A stretch of DNA of 64,000 bases, from positions 416,001 to 480,000 of the forward strand of contig CAXXLV010000001.1 of assembly GCA_963664305.2 (NCBI GenBank), in the 5' to 3' direction. The notes under the pieces are model-generated. The model was not told the DNA's origin. It saw nothing but the letters and a program-made list of their open reading frames with translations, and did not search any database. The translations under genes and the position numbers were made by a program. The DNA is from an uncultured Aliarcobacter sp. Lineage in GTDB: Bacteria; Campylobacterota; Campylobacteria; Campylobacterales; Arcobacteraceae. Shown here one piece after another: positions 63,361 to 64,000 of the stretch (its first letter is position 1; every line of letters starts with the position of its first letter).

Positions 63361-64000
63361 TGGAAAAATCACTTTTACTACTAATATTAGCACCTGTTGT
63401 ATTAGCCTTTATTTTCCTAATTACACTTGTTTTCCTTGAAAAAAGAAAACAACAAAAAAGTATTATTCTTCTTTCAAAAATGGATAATAAAGCAATTATT
63501 GACCAACAAAGAACAAAGAAAAAAGACAGCACTGGTCTTACTATGAAATTAATTCAATCTGGAATTACTTATAAAGAGTATACGGAAGCTAGATTAGTTT
63601 TTGCAATAATTGGTTTAATACTTATGTGTACATTACCTTTCTTTTTTTCAATCACAGTTGGAATAATAAGTGTGGCTGTTGGGATTTTATGTATTGTTTT
63701 TGGTGGAGATATGTATTTAAGTATCTCGAAATCTGAAAGAATTGAAAAAATCAACAATGACTTAGGTGTTTTTTTGGATTTAGTAAATGTTATTTTAGAA
63801 GCTGGAGGAAGTTTAAAAAATGCATTTTTTGAAGTTTCAAAAAGAGGTGTTGGGATAATTGACCAAGAATTATTAAAAGAAATTGCAATTTTAGAATATG
63901 AAATGACAAATTACTCTTCAAAAGTTGCATATGAAAATCTAAAAAATAGAATTGATAGTAGAGAAGTTGATAAGATAGTTGATTTCTTGATTTTAAGTGA
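63360..64000 (+). CDS. tadC: TadC inner-membrane platform protein, runs off window end
   Basis: ATG 63360 overlaps tadB stop; open frame MEKSLLL...DLGVFLDLVNVILEAGGSLKNAF...; no stop in window. Confidence 0.85.
   Translation, partial: MEKSLLLLILAPVVLAFIFLITLVFLEKRKQQKSIILLSKMDNKAIIDQQRTKKKDSTGLTMKLIQSGITYKEYTEARLVFAIIGLILMCTLPFFFSITVGIISVAVGILCIVFGGDMYLSISKSERIEKINNDLGVFLDLVNVILEAGGSLKNAFFEVSKRGVGIIDQELLKEIAILEYEMTNYSSKVAYENLKNRIDSREVDKIVDFLILS

Noticed and set aside
1..64000. CRISPR arrays, tRNA/rRNA genes, IS or prophage genes, phase-variable poly-G tracts
   Set aside because: None seen by eye; intergenic gaps are short, the G/C runs noticed are about 5 nt and serve as RBS, and A/T runs are background

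Overview
Very AT-rich chromosomal window from a Campylobacterota bacterium. The gene order, porA-type porin, cbb3 oxidase and AAGGA ribosome-binding sites fit Arcobacteraceae best (inference). About 50 kb is core housekeeping DNA: accA 3' end, hinT, pheST-aroA-ispH-rpsA-serA-efp, ribD/rimP/rbfA/infB/thrB/lpxC, nadAC, plsY-folB, porA, prfB, addB, ccoNOQP, smpB-ispE-truB-uvrD, purF-dapB-trxB-trxA, alaS and maf. Three blocks look accessory: a MarR-led FUSC/AaeXAB-type efflux operon (25.9-31.0 kb), a transporter/NlpC block between alaS and maf (51-56.7 kb), and the start of a Tad (type IVc) pilus locus (57.5 kb to the window end). The Tad locus is the most interesting element. Its pilin and TadG-like protein both lack the canonical Glu+5 and share a K-[GA]|x-x-D archaeal-style prepilin site, and its TadZ has a long N-terminal extension and a lysine-free P-loop. 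Other candidates are a ~75-nt stem-loop sRNA with anti-Shine-Dalgarno loop motifs (54.4-54.5 kb), a structured porA leader, an unannotated 30-aa protein in the cbb3 operon, and the absence of csrA from its usual truB-ispE position. No rRNA, tRNA, CRISPR array, IS or prophage gene was recognised. All calls come from reading the sequence; no database searches were run.
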